A DNA stretch of 64,000 bases, from the NCBI GenBank assembly GCA_031416315.1, contig JANOTL010000201.1, positions 15,685-79,684 of the forward strand, in the 5' to 3' direction. Shown here piece after piece: positions 53,335-61,383 of the stretch. Both the position numbers and the translations under genes were made by a program. Within the stretch, counting starts at the first letter, position 1, and each line of letters starts with the position of its first letter. The DNA is from Pseudomonadota bacterium. Lineage in GTDB: Bacteria; Bdellovibrionota_B; Oligoflexia; Oligoflexales; CAIYRB01. The notes below the pieces were generated by a model. The model was not told the DNA's origin, searched no databases, and was given only the letters and a program-made list of their open reading frames with translations.

Positions 53335-54225
53335 TCAAGGAAGCAGCTCGGTCTTTGAAGAAGCGCGGCTGAGGAGCTTGGGGCAGCGCTTGCGGAGCTC
53401 GGCGACGGCAGCCTGGTGGAGCGCCGTGTAGAAGGGCTGGCGGAAGTGGTGGAGGTGCACGGGGATCTCGACCGGGGTCAAGCCGCGGACGATCTTCAGG
53501 CGCTCGTCGGCAGCCGCGAGGTGGCGAGGAATGACGGCGCGGCCGAGACCGAGGGCAACGCCGTCCATGATGCCGTAGATCTCGTCGAGGTAGCCTCGGC
53601 GGAACGACTTCGGCGTCTTGCCTTGTGCGGCGAGGAATTTCAGCGTCGTCTGATCTTCGGGATCGTGGTCGAGGTACACGGGCTCCGCTTCCCCTTCGTG
53701 CGCGCGACTGGCGACGAGGACGTTTTCCTCGGCTCCGAGCCCGTAGGACTCGACGTCGGCGCGGACGAGGGGTTCGTCGAGGACGATGAAGTCGGCTTCG
53801 CCGCGAAGCAAGTAGCCGGGAAGGGCGCGCGTCTCCGCTTCGAAGAAGTAGGGGGTGACGTTGGGATTGGTCCGTAAGAGAGGTGCCAAGGCCGGTACGA
53901 CGACGCTGCGAAGGACCGTGGAGTAGGCGGCCACTCTAAGCGAGCCGCCTAGCCCTGGCTGACCGTCACCTTTCATTTCGAGGAGAAGCTCGTCTTCTAA
54001 TTGACTGCGAGCTTGGCAATAGCGCAGCAGGCGTTCACCCGCGGCCGTGATCTTCACGCCGCGTGGATGACGGATGAATAGCGTCAGATTCAGCTCGTCT
54101 TCGAGGTTCTGAATGCGCTGCGTCAGCGCCGACTGCGTCAGGTGGATCTCTGCCGCCGCGCGCGAAAAGTTGAGCGTGCGCGCGAGCACTTGAAAGGCGT
54201 CGAGTTGCAGGCTCGGAAGGCTCAT
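53335..54225 (-). CDS. LysR family transcriptional regulator
   Basis: The N-terminal helix-turn-helix is LDAFQVLARTLNFSRAAAEIHLTQSALTQRIQNLEDEL. The protein is 296 aa. Confidence 0.88.
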   Translation of the reverse strand: MSLPSLQLDAFQVLARTLNFSRAAAEIHLTQSALTQRIQNLEDELNLTLFIRHPRGVKITAAGERLLRYCQARSQLEDELLLEMKGDGQPGLGGSLRVAAYSTVLRSVVVPALAPLLRTNPNVTPYFFEAETRALPGYLLRGEADFIVLDEPLVRADVESYGLGAEENVLVASRAHEGEAEPVYLDHDPEDQTTLKFLAAQGKTPKSFRRGYLDEIYGIMDGVALGLGRAVIPRHLAAADERLKIVRGLTPVEIPVHLHHFRQPFYTALHQAAVAELRKRCPKLLSRASSKTELLP

Positions 54226-54278
54226 GTTAAGTCTTCAATATGCGGAGTATTTGTGTCCCAACACAAGGAGACAGAGCG

Positions 54279-54791
54279 ATGTTGCGCACTTTACTTCAAG
54301 TTGTCGTGTGCGCAGGCGTGCTTTCCCACGTGGCGGCGTGCACGGGAGACGGCGGTGGCGGGGCCGCCGAGCCCGTGAAGCAGGCGGCGGACGAGAAGAA
54401 TCCGTCGATCCCGGACGTGCCGGGCGACTCGGGTGAGGCGAAAGAGAAGCCGGCCGGGACCGGGCAGGCAGGCAGCGCCGAAGCCGTGCCGCCGTTGACC
54501 GAAACCAGTCAGCCGAACGCGGAGGCCGCGAAGAAGGCCCCCGAGACCTCAAAGGACAAGACGCGCACGCCGAAGGTCGATGTGGGCTCGGCGGCGGAGC
54601 CGATTGCCATCAAGTCCGGCGAGGCGACCGTGAAGACGGGGCTGCTCAACGTGCGTAGCGGCCCGGGAATGAAGAGTCCGGTGACCAAGTCCTTGAAAAA
54701 GGGCGAGAAGGTCACGGTCAAGGAATGTAAGGGCCGTTGGTGCCAAATCGGCGAGAACGAATACGTGGGCGGCAGATTCCTGCAGCAATAA
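54279..54791 (+). CDS. SH3b-domain lipoprotein
   Basis: ATG 54279 has an AAGGAG Shine-Dalgarno sequence. VLSHVAAC gives a lipobox. The C-terminal bacterial SH3 domain is VKTGLLNVRSGPGMKSPVTKSLKKGEKVTVKECKGRWCQI. Confidence 0.7.
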   Translation: MLRTLLQVVVCAGVLSHVAACTGDGGGGAAEPVKQAADEKNPSIPDVPGDSGEAKEKPAGTGQAGSAEAVPPLTETSQPNAEAAKKAPETSKDKTRTPKVDVGSAAEPIAIKSGEATVKTGLLNVRSGPGMKSPVTKSLKKGEKVTVKECKGRWCQIGENEYVGGRFLQQ

Positions 54792-54847
54792 TTCACCGCC
54801 CAAGCGTTTGATTTCATAGGGTGTTTGTCCTCCGCTCTCAAGAACGA

Positions 54848-54883
54848 CCAAGAGCCTCCGAACATGGAGAAGTAGGCTCTTGG
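54848..54883 (+). promoter_or_regulatory. 9-bp stem hairpin whose 3' arm overlaps the Shine-Dalgarno sequence of the HD-GYP gene
   Basis: CCAAGAGCC-N18-GGCTCTTGG is directly followed by AGGA. GGAGGA sits at 54882-54887 and the GTG start at 54894. No U-tract follows, so it is not a classical terminator. Confidence 0.4.
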
Positions 54884-54893
54884 AGGAACCCCC

Positions 54894-55865
54894 GTGTCGA
54901 ACGCCCAGCTAGCCATGCCCGCGAAGCCGACGAAGGACTTCTCCTTCTTCAAGGTCGACACCCTGGTCGACAACTCGGTGACGGACTTCGATCTCTTCCT
55001 GAGCATCGAGGATCACTTCATCCTCTACAGCGGCAACGGCTACAAGTGGAACCGCGACGAGCTCCACGAGCTCCTGAGGCACGGCCACCAGAGCTTCTAC
55101 ATCCGTCACAACGACCTCACGCGCGCCAACATGTACCAGGCGATGGTGAAGCTGCCGGCGATCGAGAAATCGATGGCGCCCCCGGAGCGGATCCAGTCGA
55201 TCGAGCAGATCGGCGCAAAGTTCGTGAAGTGCCTTTACGAGGGCGAGCTGACTCCGGCCTGCGTGAAGAAGGCCGAGTCCATCGCCGGGTCGCTGGTGGA
55301 CTGCATCGCTGAAGACCAGCATTGCGTCGCCTTCTTGAGCGGCCTTGCCGACCACGACTACTACACCTACTACCATAGCGTTCGCGTAGCCTCGTATGCG
55401 GTGGCGATTGCGATCGCGATGGGCCTACGCGACCACAAGCTGCTGAACGACATCGCGCTCGGCGGCATCTTCCACGACGTCGGCAAGAAGCAGGTCCCGC
55501 TGTCGGTCCTCAACAAATCCGGCCCGTTGACGGAGCTGGAGTGGAAGCTGATGCGCGCCCACCCGACCGAAGGCTCGCAGATGGTCACCGACACGATCCT
55601 CGCTCATGTGCCGAAGGAGATCATTCTTCACCATCACGAGAAGCGGAACGGTAAAGGCTACCCTCACGGCCTCGACGCCAACAGCTTGATGACCGAGGTC
55701 CAGATCGCGACCTTGGCCGACATCTTCGACGCGCTCACGTCGTCGCGCTCCTACCAGCAGCGCCGGTCGAAGTTCGAGGCGCTCGACTTCATCAAGCAGA
55801 AGCTGCTGAAAGAGGAAGTGTGTCCGGAGGCCTTCAAGGCCTTGATTCTCTGTCTCGCCGAGTAA
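54894..55865 (+). CDS. HD-GYP domain phosphohydrolase (putative c-di-GMP phosphodiesterase)
   Basis: HSVRVASYAVAIA, GGIFHDVGK and HHHEKRNGKGYPHGL (the HD-GYP signature) are present. The N-terminal ~150 aa are of unknown function. Confidence 0.82.
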   Translation: MSNAQLAMPAKPTKDFSFFKVDTLVDNSVTDFDLFLSIEDHFILYSGNGYKWNRDELHELLRHGHQSFYIRHNDLTRANMYQAMVKLPAIEKSMAPPERIQSIEQIGAKFVKCLYEGELTPACVKKAESIAGSLVDCIAEDQHCVAFLSGLADHDYYTYYHSVRVASYAVAIAIAMGLRDHKLLNDIALGGIFHDVGKKQVPLSVLNKSGPLTELEWKLMRAHPTEGSQMVTDTILAHVPKEIILHHHEKRNGKGYPHGLDANSLMTEVQIATLADIFDALTSSRSYQQRRSKFEALDFIKQKLLKEEVCPEAFKALILCLAE

Positions 55866-55889
55866 GGCTCGAACGGCTACAATGCCCGG

Positions 55890-57950
55890 ATGCATCGACG
55901 CCTTACCGGCGCGGCGCTCCTCGTCGTAGCTTCGATGGGCGGGGTGCCGCTCGCGCTCAGCCCCAAGTCCGAATTCCTCGGGCGCGACGTGTCGTCGCTC
56001 GCTGGCAGCATCATGGGCTTTTACCCCGAGGTCGCGGCGCTCGAGACGGCGAAGGTCCTCGGGCTCGCGTTCGCTCTCGCCTACGTCGTGCTTTGGTCGA
56101 TGGTGGCCGCACGGCGCATTCTTCGCAGGCGACGCTGGCCAGCTTTGACTTCTACACTGATGGTGGCGTCACCAATCTTGGCCTATGGGGCCTGGCTTGG
56201 CGCGACCGTGATCTCGTTTCCAGCGCTATTCGAGGAGTCACTTCCGGCCTCAGTGCAGCGCCTCGTCTTCCAGGCAGCATTCCGGGTCCAGCCGAGTTGG
56301 CTGTTCGCGGCGGCGGCGGGCTTGGCGCTCGTGCCGGCCTCGATCGTCGGGCTCGGCGCCTTGGTATCTCGGCCGCGTAAGCGAGCGGTGCTGGTGCCGA
56401 CGATCATCGGAGTCACGGCGTCGGCCCTTCTCGTGGCGATGAGCTGGTCGGATCCTGGTGCCCGCTCGGGCGCGGATGCGCGGCCCGACGTGCTGTTCAT
56501 CGCGGTCGATTCCTTGCGCTTTGACCGGCTGCAAAGGCCCGAGGTGCTGCCACGGCTCCGGGAGCTCCTCGAAGATCCGCAAACCGTGGCGATGAACGAT
56601 CACTGGGTCGGGATCCCACGGACCTTTCCCTCGTGGGTCGAAATGATCCAGGGACGGCCTGCGGCGACGACCGGGATCCGCCACATGTTTCCGGGCTTCG
56701 GGCCCCGCGAGAAGGAATTCGGCGGTTTGGTGACGGCGTATCGCGACGCGGGCTATCGGACGGTGGCCGTGTCGGATTTCGCCGGCGACGTGTTCCCGCG
56801 TTTCGAGGCGGGCTTCTCCGAGGTGATGGCGCCCCACCTCAGCTTGAAGACGATGATCCGGATGATGGTGAATCGCGCGTTTCCGCTGCTCATGCCGCTC
56901 GTAACGAGCGATCTCGGTCAGGAGATTTTCCCGGCACTGCGCGAGAGCCCGGCCTACGCCGACCCCCATTGGCTCGCGAGACGGGCCGAGCGCAGCTTCG
57001 GCGGTCCGGAGCCTTTGTTCCTCACCCTGTTTTTTTCGACCGCGCACTTTCCTTATGCGGCGCCGCACCCTTATTACAAGGAATTCGCCGACCGGAGCTA
57101 CGACGGCGCGTACCTTTTTCAGAAGAATCCGGAAATGGGGCTACGGCCTGAAGGTGCGGCGCGCGAAGCGGACGTGAAGCAGGTGCGAGCGCTCTACGAC
57201 GGTGCGCTGCGCTCAGTAGACGCAGAGATCGGGCGACTCGTCGACTTTCTCAAGGCGAGCGGGCGCTGGGACTCGACGTTGATTGTGGTCACCGCCGATC
57301 ACGGCGAGGACCTGTACGAGGACGGAATGCTCCAGGGGCATGGCGAGCACCTGCGCGGGAGAAACGTGCTCAAGGTGCCATTCGTGCTGAAGCTGCCGAA
57401 GGTGACGACGCCGGTCGTCAAGCGCATCGGCTTCACAACGCGCGCGATCGACGTCGCCGGGACCGTGTTGGGGACCTCCGGGCTTTCGCGCGCGGGAATC
57501 GGCGAGGGCAGCGACCTGACGCCCTGGATCCTCGGGGAAAGGCAAGACGACCCGGCGCACCTCGCGTACGCAGAGACCGAGATCTGGTTCGCTCGCGGCG
57601 GCGACGGCTTCTTCCAAGAAAAGCGCCTCGACTATCCGGGGATCTCTGGGCTTTTGTCCTTCGACCAAGGGTACACCGGCGAAATCGTGCTGAATCCGGC
57701 CTATGAGGAGGCTTTGATCACGGCGAAGCATCGGATGATCGCCGATGCGCGGTGGAAACTGATCTACATGCCGACGGCGCACGGCGTCGAGTACGAGCTC
57801 TACGATCGAAAGGCCGACCCGGACGAGCGGCAGAATCTCGTCGCGTCGGAGCCAGAGCGCGCCGCGATCATGCGCGAGAAGCTCTTCTCGTGGATCACCG
57901 AGCACGAGCGTGGGCGCAGGCTCGTCGACGGCTACGTGGTGCCCCGATGA
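55890..57950 (+). CDS. Membrane-anchored sulfatase-fold (alkaline phosphatase superfamily) protein, Thr in the nucleophile position
   Basis: A multi-TM N-terminal region is followed by VLFIAVDSLRFDRL and PRTFPSWVEMIQGR. The latter aligns by eye with the sulfatase C-x-P-x-R site but has T and W instead. TADHGEDL is also present. Confidence 0.75.
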   Translation: MHRRLTGAALLVVASMGGVPLALSPKSEFLGRDVSSLAGSIMGFYPEVAALETAKVLGLAFALAYVVLWSMVAARRILRRRRWPALTSTLMVASPILAYGAWLGATVISFPALFEESLPASVQRLVFQAAFRVQPSWLFAAAAGLALVPASIVGLGALVSRPRKRAVLVPTIIGVTASALLVAMSWSDPGARSGADARPDVLFIAVDSLRFDRLQRPEVLPRLRELLEDPQTVAMNDHWVGIPRTFPSWVEMIQGRPAATTGIRHMFPGFGPREKEFGGLVTAYRDAGYRTVAVSDFAGDVFPRFEAGFSEVMAPHLSLKTMIRMMVNRAFPLLMPLVTSDLGQEIFPALRESPAYADPHWLARRAERSFGGPEPLFLTLFFSTAHFPYAAPHPYYKEFADRSYDGAYLFQKNPEMGLRPEGAAREADVKQVRALYDGALRSVDAEIGRLVDFLKASGRWDSTLIVVTADHGEDLYEDGMLQGHGEHLRGRNVLKVPFVLKLPKVTTPVVKRIGFTTRAIDVAGTVLGTSGLSRAGIGEGSDLTPWILGERQDDPAHLAYAETEIWFARGGDGFFQEKRLDYPGISGLLSFDQGYTGEIVLNPAYEEALITAKHRMIADARWKLIYMPTAHGVEYELYDRKADPDERQNLVASEPERAAIMREKLFSWITEHERGRRLVDGYVVPR

Positions 57951-60313
57951 GAAGATTCTTCGCCTGGCTCGGTTGCGGTCTTGCGGCGTCGATCGCGGCA
58001 TCGATCGTCTGGTACGCGACGGTCGTGCACCCGAACGACGCGCGGATCGAAGGTGCCGACCTCGACCGGCTCGCCGCCTTTTCGAAGCATTACGTGCGAG
58101 CCGCGTCGATCTTTTCGAACGGTCTACGGCATCGAATCGATGCCGATGCGTCGAGGGTCGCCGAGGCGCGCGCGGCTTTGACCGCGGTCTTGCCCGAATA
58201 CGCCGTCATGCGCTCGCGCCGGTTCACGAGTCCGCATCAGGTTTACGTCCCGGTCGGGACTTATCCGAGCCGGCTCGAGGCGGAGGACGGGCTCTTCATT
58301 CCGGCAGGAACGACCTTGACCGTGGAGCCGGCCTTGGCGGGGCCCGCCTCGATCCGGTTCCGCGCGGTGGCGCCGGGGCTTCCGGCGAAGCTTTCGGTCG
58401 CGATCGGCGGGCGGATCGTCGCGACGGCGAAGCTCGCAGGGACACCGCCGGCGACGACGGAGTCGCGCGACTTTTGGAACTGGCAGTTCCTTCGCTTTCT
58501 CGACGTCGATCGTGCGGTGCGCGTGCCGCGGTGGGAGAGTTTGCGCGCCGACGCCGAGATCGTGCCGACGGACGTGCTGGAGGTCGCGTGCGCGACGGAG
58601 GGCCCGGGTTGCGTCATAAGCGACGTGTCGTTCTTGAAGCCGGCGCCCGTCGGAAAGAGCCTCATCGTGATCCTAGTCGACACCCTGCGCGCCGACGCCT
58701 TGGCGTCTGCGCACGCACCGAGCTTGCGGGCCTTGGCGGCGGGCGGCACCTCGTTCGTGAACGCAATGGCGGCGGGAAACATGACGAGCCCCTCGACGAA
58801 CGCGCTGCTCTCGTGCCGTAAGCCGAGCGACCTCGGGAAGGTGGGATTCGCCTATGGCTTGAGCGTCGCCGATCGCGAAAACCACTATGCGACGCAGCCG
58901 CCGAGCTTTCCGGCGCGGTTCGCGGCGGCCGATTACGACACGATGATGATCGGCAACGTATCGGTGATCTCCGAGGTTTACGGGGCGGGGATCGACCACG
59001 GATTTCGAAGGCAAATGGCGTTCGAGCGCGAGGCCTACGATACACCCGACGTGACACGTGCGGCGGTAGAATGGCTGGCGGAGAACGGCGATCGACCGTT
59101 CTTCCTCTACCTGCATTACAACGGGCCGCATTCGCCCTACCGCGCGCCTTGGCGAGACGTCCGCGCGACCTTCCCGGGTTTTGGCGTTTTTCATGACTAT
59201 CCGTCGATCGTGCGCTGGCTCTATCAGTCGGAAGTCTCGTATACGGATCGCTACGTCGCGCAGGTCCTCGAGGCCGTTGAGAAGCTCGGGCTGGCGGAGT
59301 CTGCGACCGTGGTGCTGACCGCCGACCACGGGGATCAGCATTCGACGCGGAAGTTCGTGGGGAACGAAGCGGCGCCGCCGTTTTCGGGCACTTACTTCGA
59401 CCATGGCGCGACGCTTTACGACGACGAGATACGCGTCCCATTCGTCGTGCGGCGCCCGGGCGCGCCCGGGGGCCAAAGGATCGAGGATCGCGTCTCGGGC
59501 CTGGACATCGGGCCGACTCTGCTCGAGTCGTTCGGACTGCCGGGGGCCGACGTTTGCTCGGGCACCTCGCTCGCGACGGCGGTGGTCGGCGGGACGATGT
59601 CGGAGCTCGCGCGAAATCGCGTCTTCGGTTCCGAAGGCTTTCAAGGCCGCGCCGTTTACTTCGACGGCGGCACGAAGAAGTTGATCGCCTTGCAGGCTCC
59701 GACCGACAAGCGCGTCTTCGCGCCGGGCACGTACCTCGGGGAGCGGCGCCTCTATTTCCGCGAGCGGCAGCTGTTCGACCTGGCCCAGGATCCGGAGGAG
59801 AAGCGGGATCTCTCCGACTCGGAGCCGGCGCTTCTCGCGCGCGCGGAGGGCGTTCTGCGCGAATACTACGGTATCAAGGACGCGCTGGAGCTGGTCGTCG
59901 AGACCGGCGCGGCGAAGGCGGATTTCAGCGCGCGCTTTCCGGCAGGGACGGTGGTGACCACCGACGAGACCGTCGCGATCGTCGCGGGGCAAGGCGGCAC
60001 GATCGTGCGCGGGAAGGGCTTGGCTCGGGTCGCGCTGCGTCTCGAGCGCTGGAACGGCGAAGGCGCCGAGATTGAGATCGGCGGGGTCCGTGTGCCGCTG
60101 CTTAAGACCTCGGCGCGACTGCCGCTGACCGTAGCGCCGGGCGATCTGCCGCGCGAGCGCGGTGGACTCGCGTTCCTCCTGGCGCCTGGCACGCGCATCG
60201 CCGCGTACTTGCGGCGGGTCGAGGAGGATGGCCGGAAGGACCGAAGAATCGTCGCGGGCAACCCGCGCTTCGAAAAGGTCTTGCGCGAGTGGGGATATCT
60301 CAGCGATCGCTAA
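57947..60313 (+). CDS. Second sulfatase-fold protein with an N-terminal anchor and a long C-terminal extension
   Basis: The start MRRFFAWLGCGLAASIAASIVWY makes an ATGA overlap with the upstream stop. LIVILVDTLRADAL, NMTSPSTNALLS (Thr in the nucleophile position) and LTADHGDQH are present. The 5' part of track ORF 57752.. lies in the upstream gene. Confidence 0.75.
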   Translation: MRRFFAWLGCGLAASIAASIVWYATVVHPNDARIEGADLDRLAAFSKHYVRAASIFSNGLRHRIDADASRVAEARAALTAVLPEYAVMRSRRFTSPHQVYVPVGTYPSRLEAEDGLFIPAGTTLTVEPALAGPASIRFRAVAPGLPAKLSVAIGGRIVATAKLAGTPPATTESRDFWNWQFLRFLDVDRAVRVPRWESLRADAEIVPTDVLEVACATEGPGCVISDVSFLKPAPVGKSLIVILVDTLRADALASAHAPSLRALAAGGTSFVNAMAAGNMTSPSTNALLSCRKPSDLGKVGFAYGLSVADRENHYATQPPSFPARFAAADYDTMMIGNVSVISEVYGAGIDHGFRRQMAFEREAYDTPDVTRAAVEWLAENGDRPFFLYLHYNGPHSPYRAPWRDVRATFPGFGVFHDYPSIVRWLYQSEVSYTDRYVAQVLEAVEKLGLAESATVVLTADHGDQHSTRKFVGNEAAPPFSGTYFDHGATLYDDEIRVPFVVRRPGAPGGQRIEDRVSGLDIGPTLLESFGLPGADVCSGTSLATAVVGGTMSELARNRVFGSEGFQGRAVYFDGGTKKLIALQAPTDKRVFAPGTYLGERRLYFRERQLFDLAQDPEEKRDLSDSEPALLARAEGVLREYYGIKDALELVVETGAAKADFSARFPAGTVVTTDETVAIVAGQGGTIVRGKGLARVALRLERWNGEGAEIEIGGVRVPLLKTSARLPLTVAPGDLPRERGGLAFLLAPGTRIAAYLRRVEEDGRKDRRIVAGNPRFEKVLREWGYLSDR

Positions 60314-61383
60314 TCGGCGCATGGACGCTGCTTACGGTCCTGAGCGGCAGGACCGAGGCTGCGCCGTGGCTGCATCTCGGCTCCTGCGTATTGGCGAAGG
60401 ATCCGCAGACGGAGCTCGACGCCACGCCGGGATTCTCGGCGTGCGCGCGCGGTCGCGCCGGGGCCGAGATCACGGCGACTTTCGGGAACGCGAACGACAA
60501 CCATTGGATTCAGCACGCCGACGGCTCCCTGGGGCTCTATTACTCCGACTGGCTCGGATTGCTCGGGCGCGCGCAATTCCGCGAGACGCGCGGGCTCGGG
60601 CGGGCTCCGGGCTCCCCGGATCGCCTCGTGGCGCCTGAATATTTCCTGGTTCAGCTCGGCAATCCCGCGCTCGACCGCTTTCGCGTCGAGGTAGGGCGCG
60701 TCGACGTGCCCTTCGGCGTGGGTCTTTCGGAGGCCTCGGCTTCGTACCGCTCTTATGAAGACCACCGCTTTTGGGACGGGCCGCAGTACGGCGTGACGCT
60801 CACGGTCGACAACAAAGTAAACACGCGTTTTGACGTGGGTTACGCCACCGACGACTTCAGCCGATTGACGAAGGCGCAGCTCGAGGCCCCGACGGCGCCC
60901 CCGGAGGCGCCCGTTGCGCCGGGAATCGGGTCGACCGATTTGCGGTCCAGGGGCGGCGCCAAATCCGGCGCGAGCGCGCGGCTCGCGCATGACGTGTCGG
61001 CGCTAGACGGCTCGCGGCTCATCGTCTCCGGTTATGGCGAGAACCACGGCGAGCGTCGTATGGGTTTCGCATTCGTGAACGTCAGTCGTCGTGACGACCT
61101 GACGCTCTTCGAGTTCGCACGGCGCCAGGTGCGGCCGGACGGGCAAGCTCAGGCTTTTTCGCAGGTGCTGCGGCTCGCGTATTTGAGCGCCTGGCGCGAC
61201 GAGGGGCGATTCGTCGGACAATTCGACGACGAGCGCTTCCGGTTCCGGGCCGGCACCTTCGGCCGCGAGGTCCGGCTTTTCGGCCACGCGGTGCTCTCCC
61301 TGCACGTCTCCTACCGCAAATCGGAGACCGGCGACGAGATGAAGCGCTGGCAGTTTACGTCGGGCGTGGAGGCGCGCCTATGA
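60289..61383 (+). CDS. Hypothetical secreted protein, possibly an outer-membrane beta-barrel
   Basis: Third-position GC is high throughout. The N-terminus looks like a signal peptide (SLIGAWTLLTVLSG). The C-terminal half has alternating-hydrophobic strands. The start codon (GTG 60289) is uncertain. Confidence 0.55.
   Translation: MGISQRSLIGAWTLLTVLSGRTEAAPWLHLGSCVLAKDPQTELDATPGFSACARGRAGAEITATFGNANDNHWIQHADGSLGLYYSDWLGLLGRAQFRETRGLGRAPGSPDRLVAPEYFLVQLGNPALDRFRVEVGRVDVPFGVGLSEASASYRSYEDHRFWDGPQYGVTLTVDNKVNTRFDVGYATDDFSRLTKAQLEAPTAPPEAPVAPGIGSTDLRSRGGAKSGASARLAHDVSALDGSRLIVSGYGENHGERRMGFAFVNVSRRDDLTLFEFARRQVRPDGQAQAFSQVLRLAYLSAWRDEGRFVGQFDDERFRFRAGTFGREVRLFGHAVLSLHVSYRKSETGDEMKRWQFTSGVEARL

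Noticed and set aside
57752-57946. N-terminal 65 codons of track ORF 57752..60313, and likewise the extended 5' ends of track ORFs 6388, 15740, 33156, 4699..5772 and 10942..11985.
   Set aside because: These extensions overlap the preceding gene out of frame and are Arg-rich. Internal ATG starts give proper signal peptides, lipoboxes or conserved N-termini.
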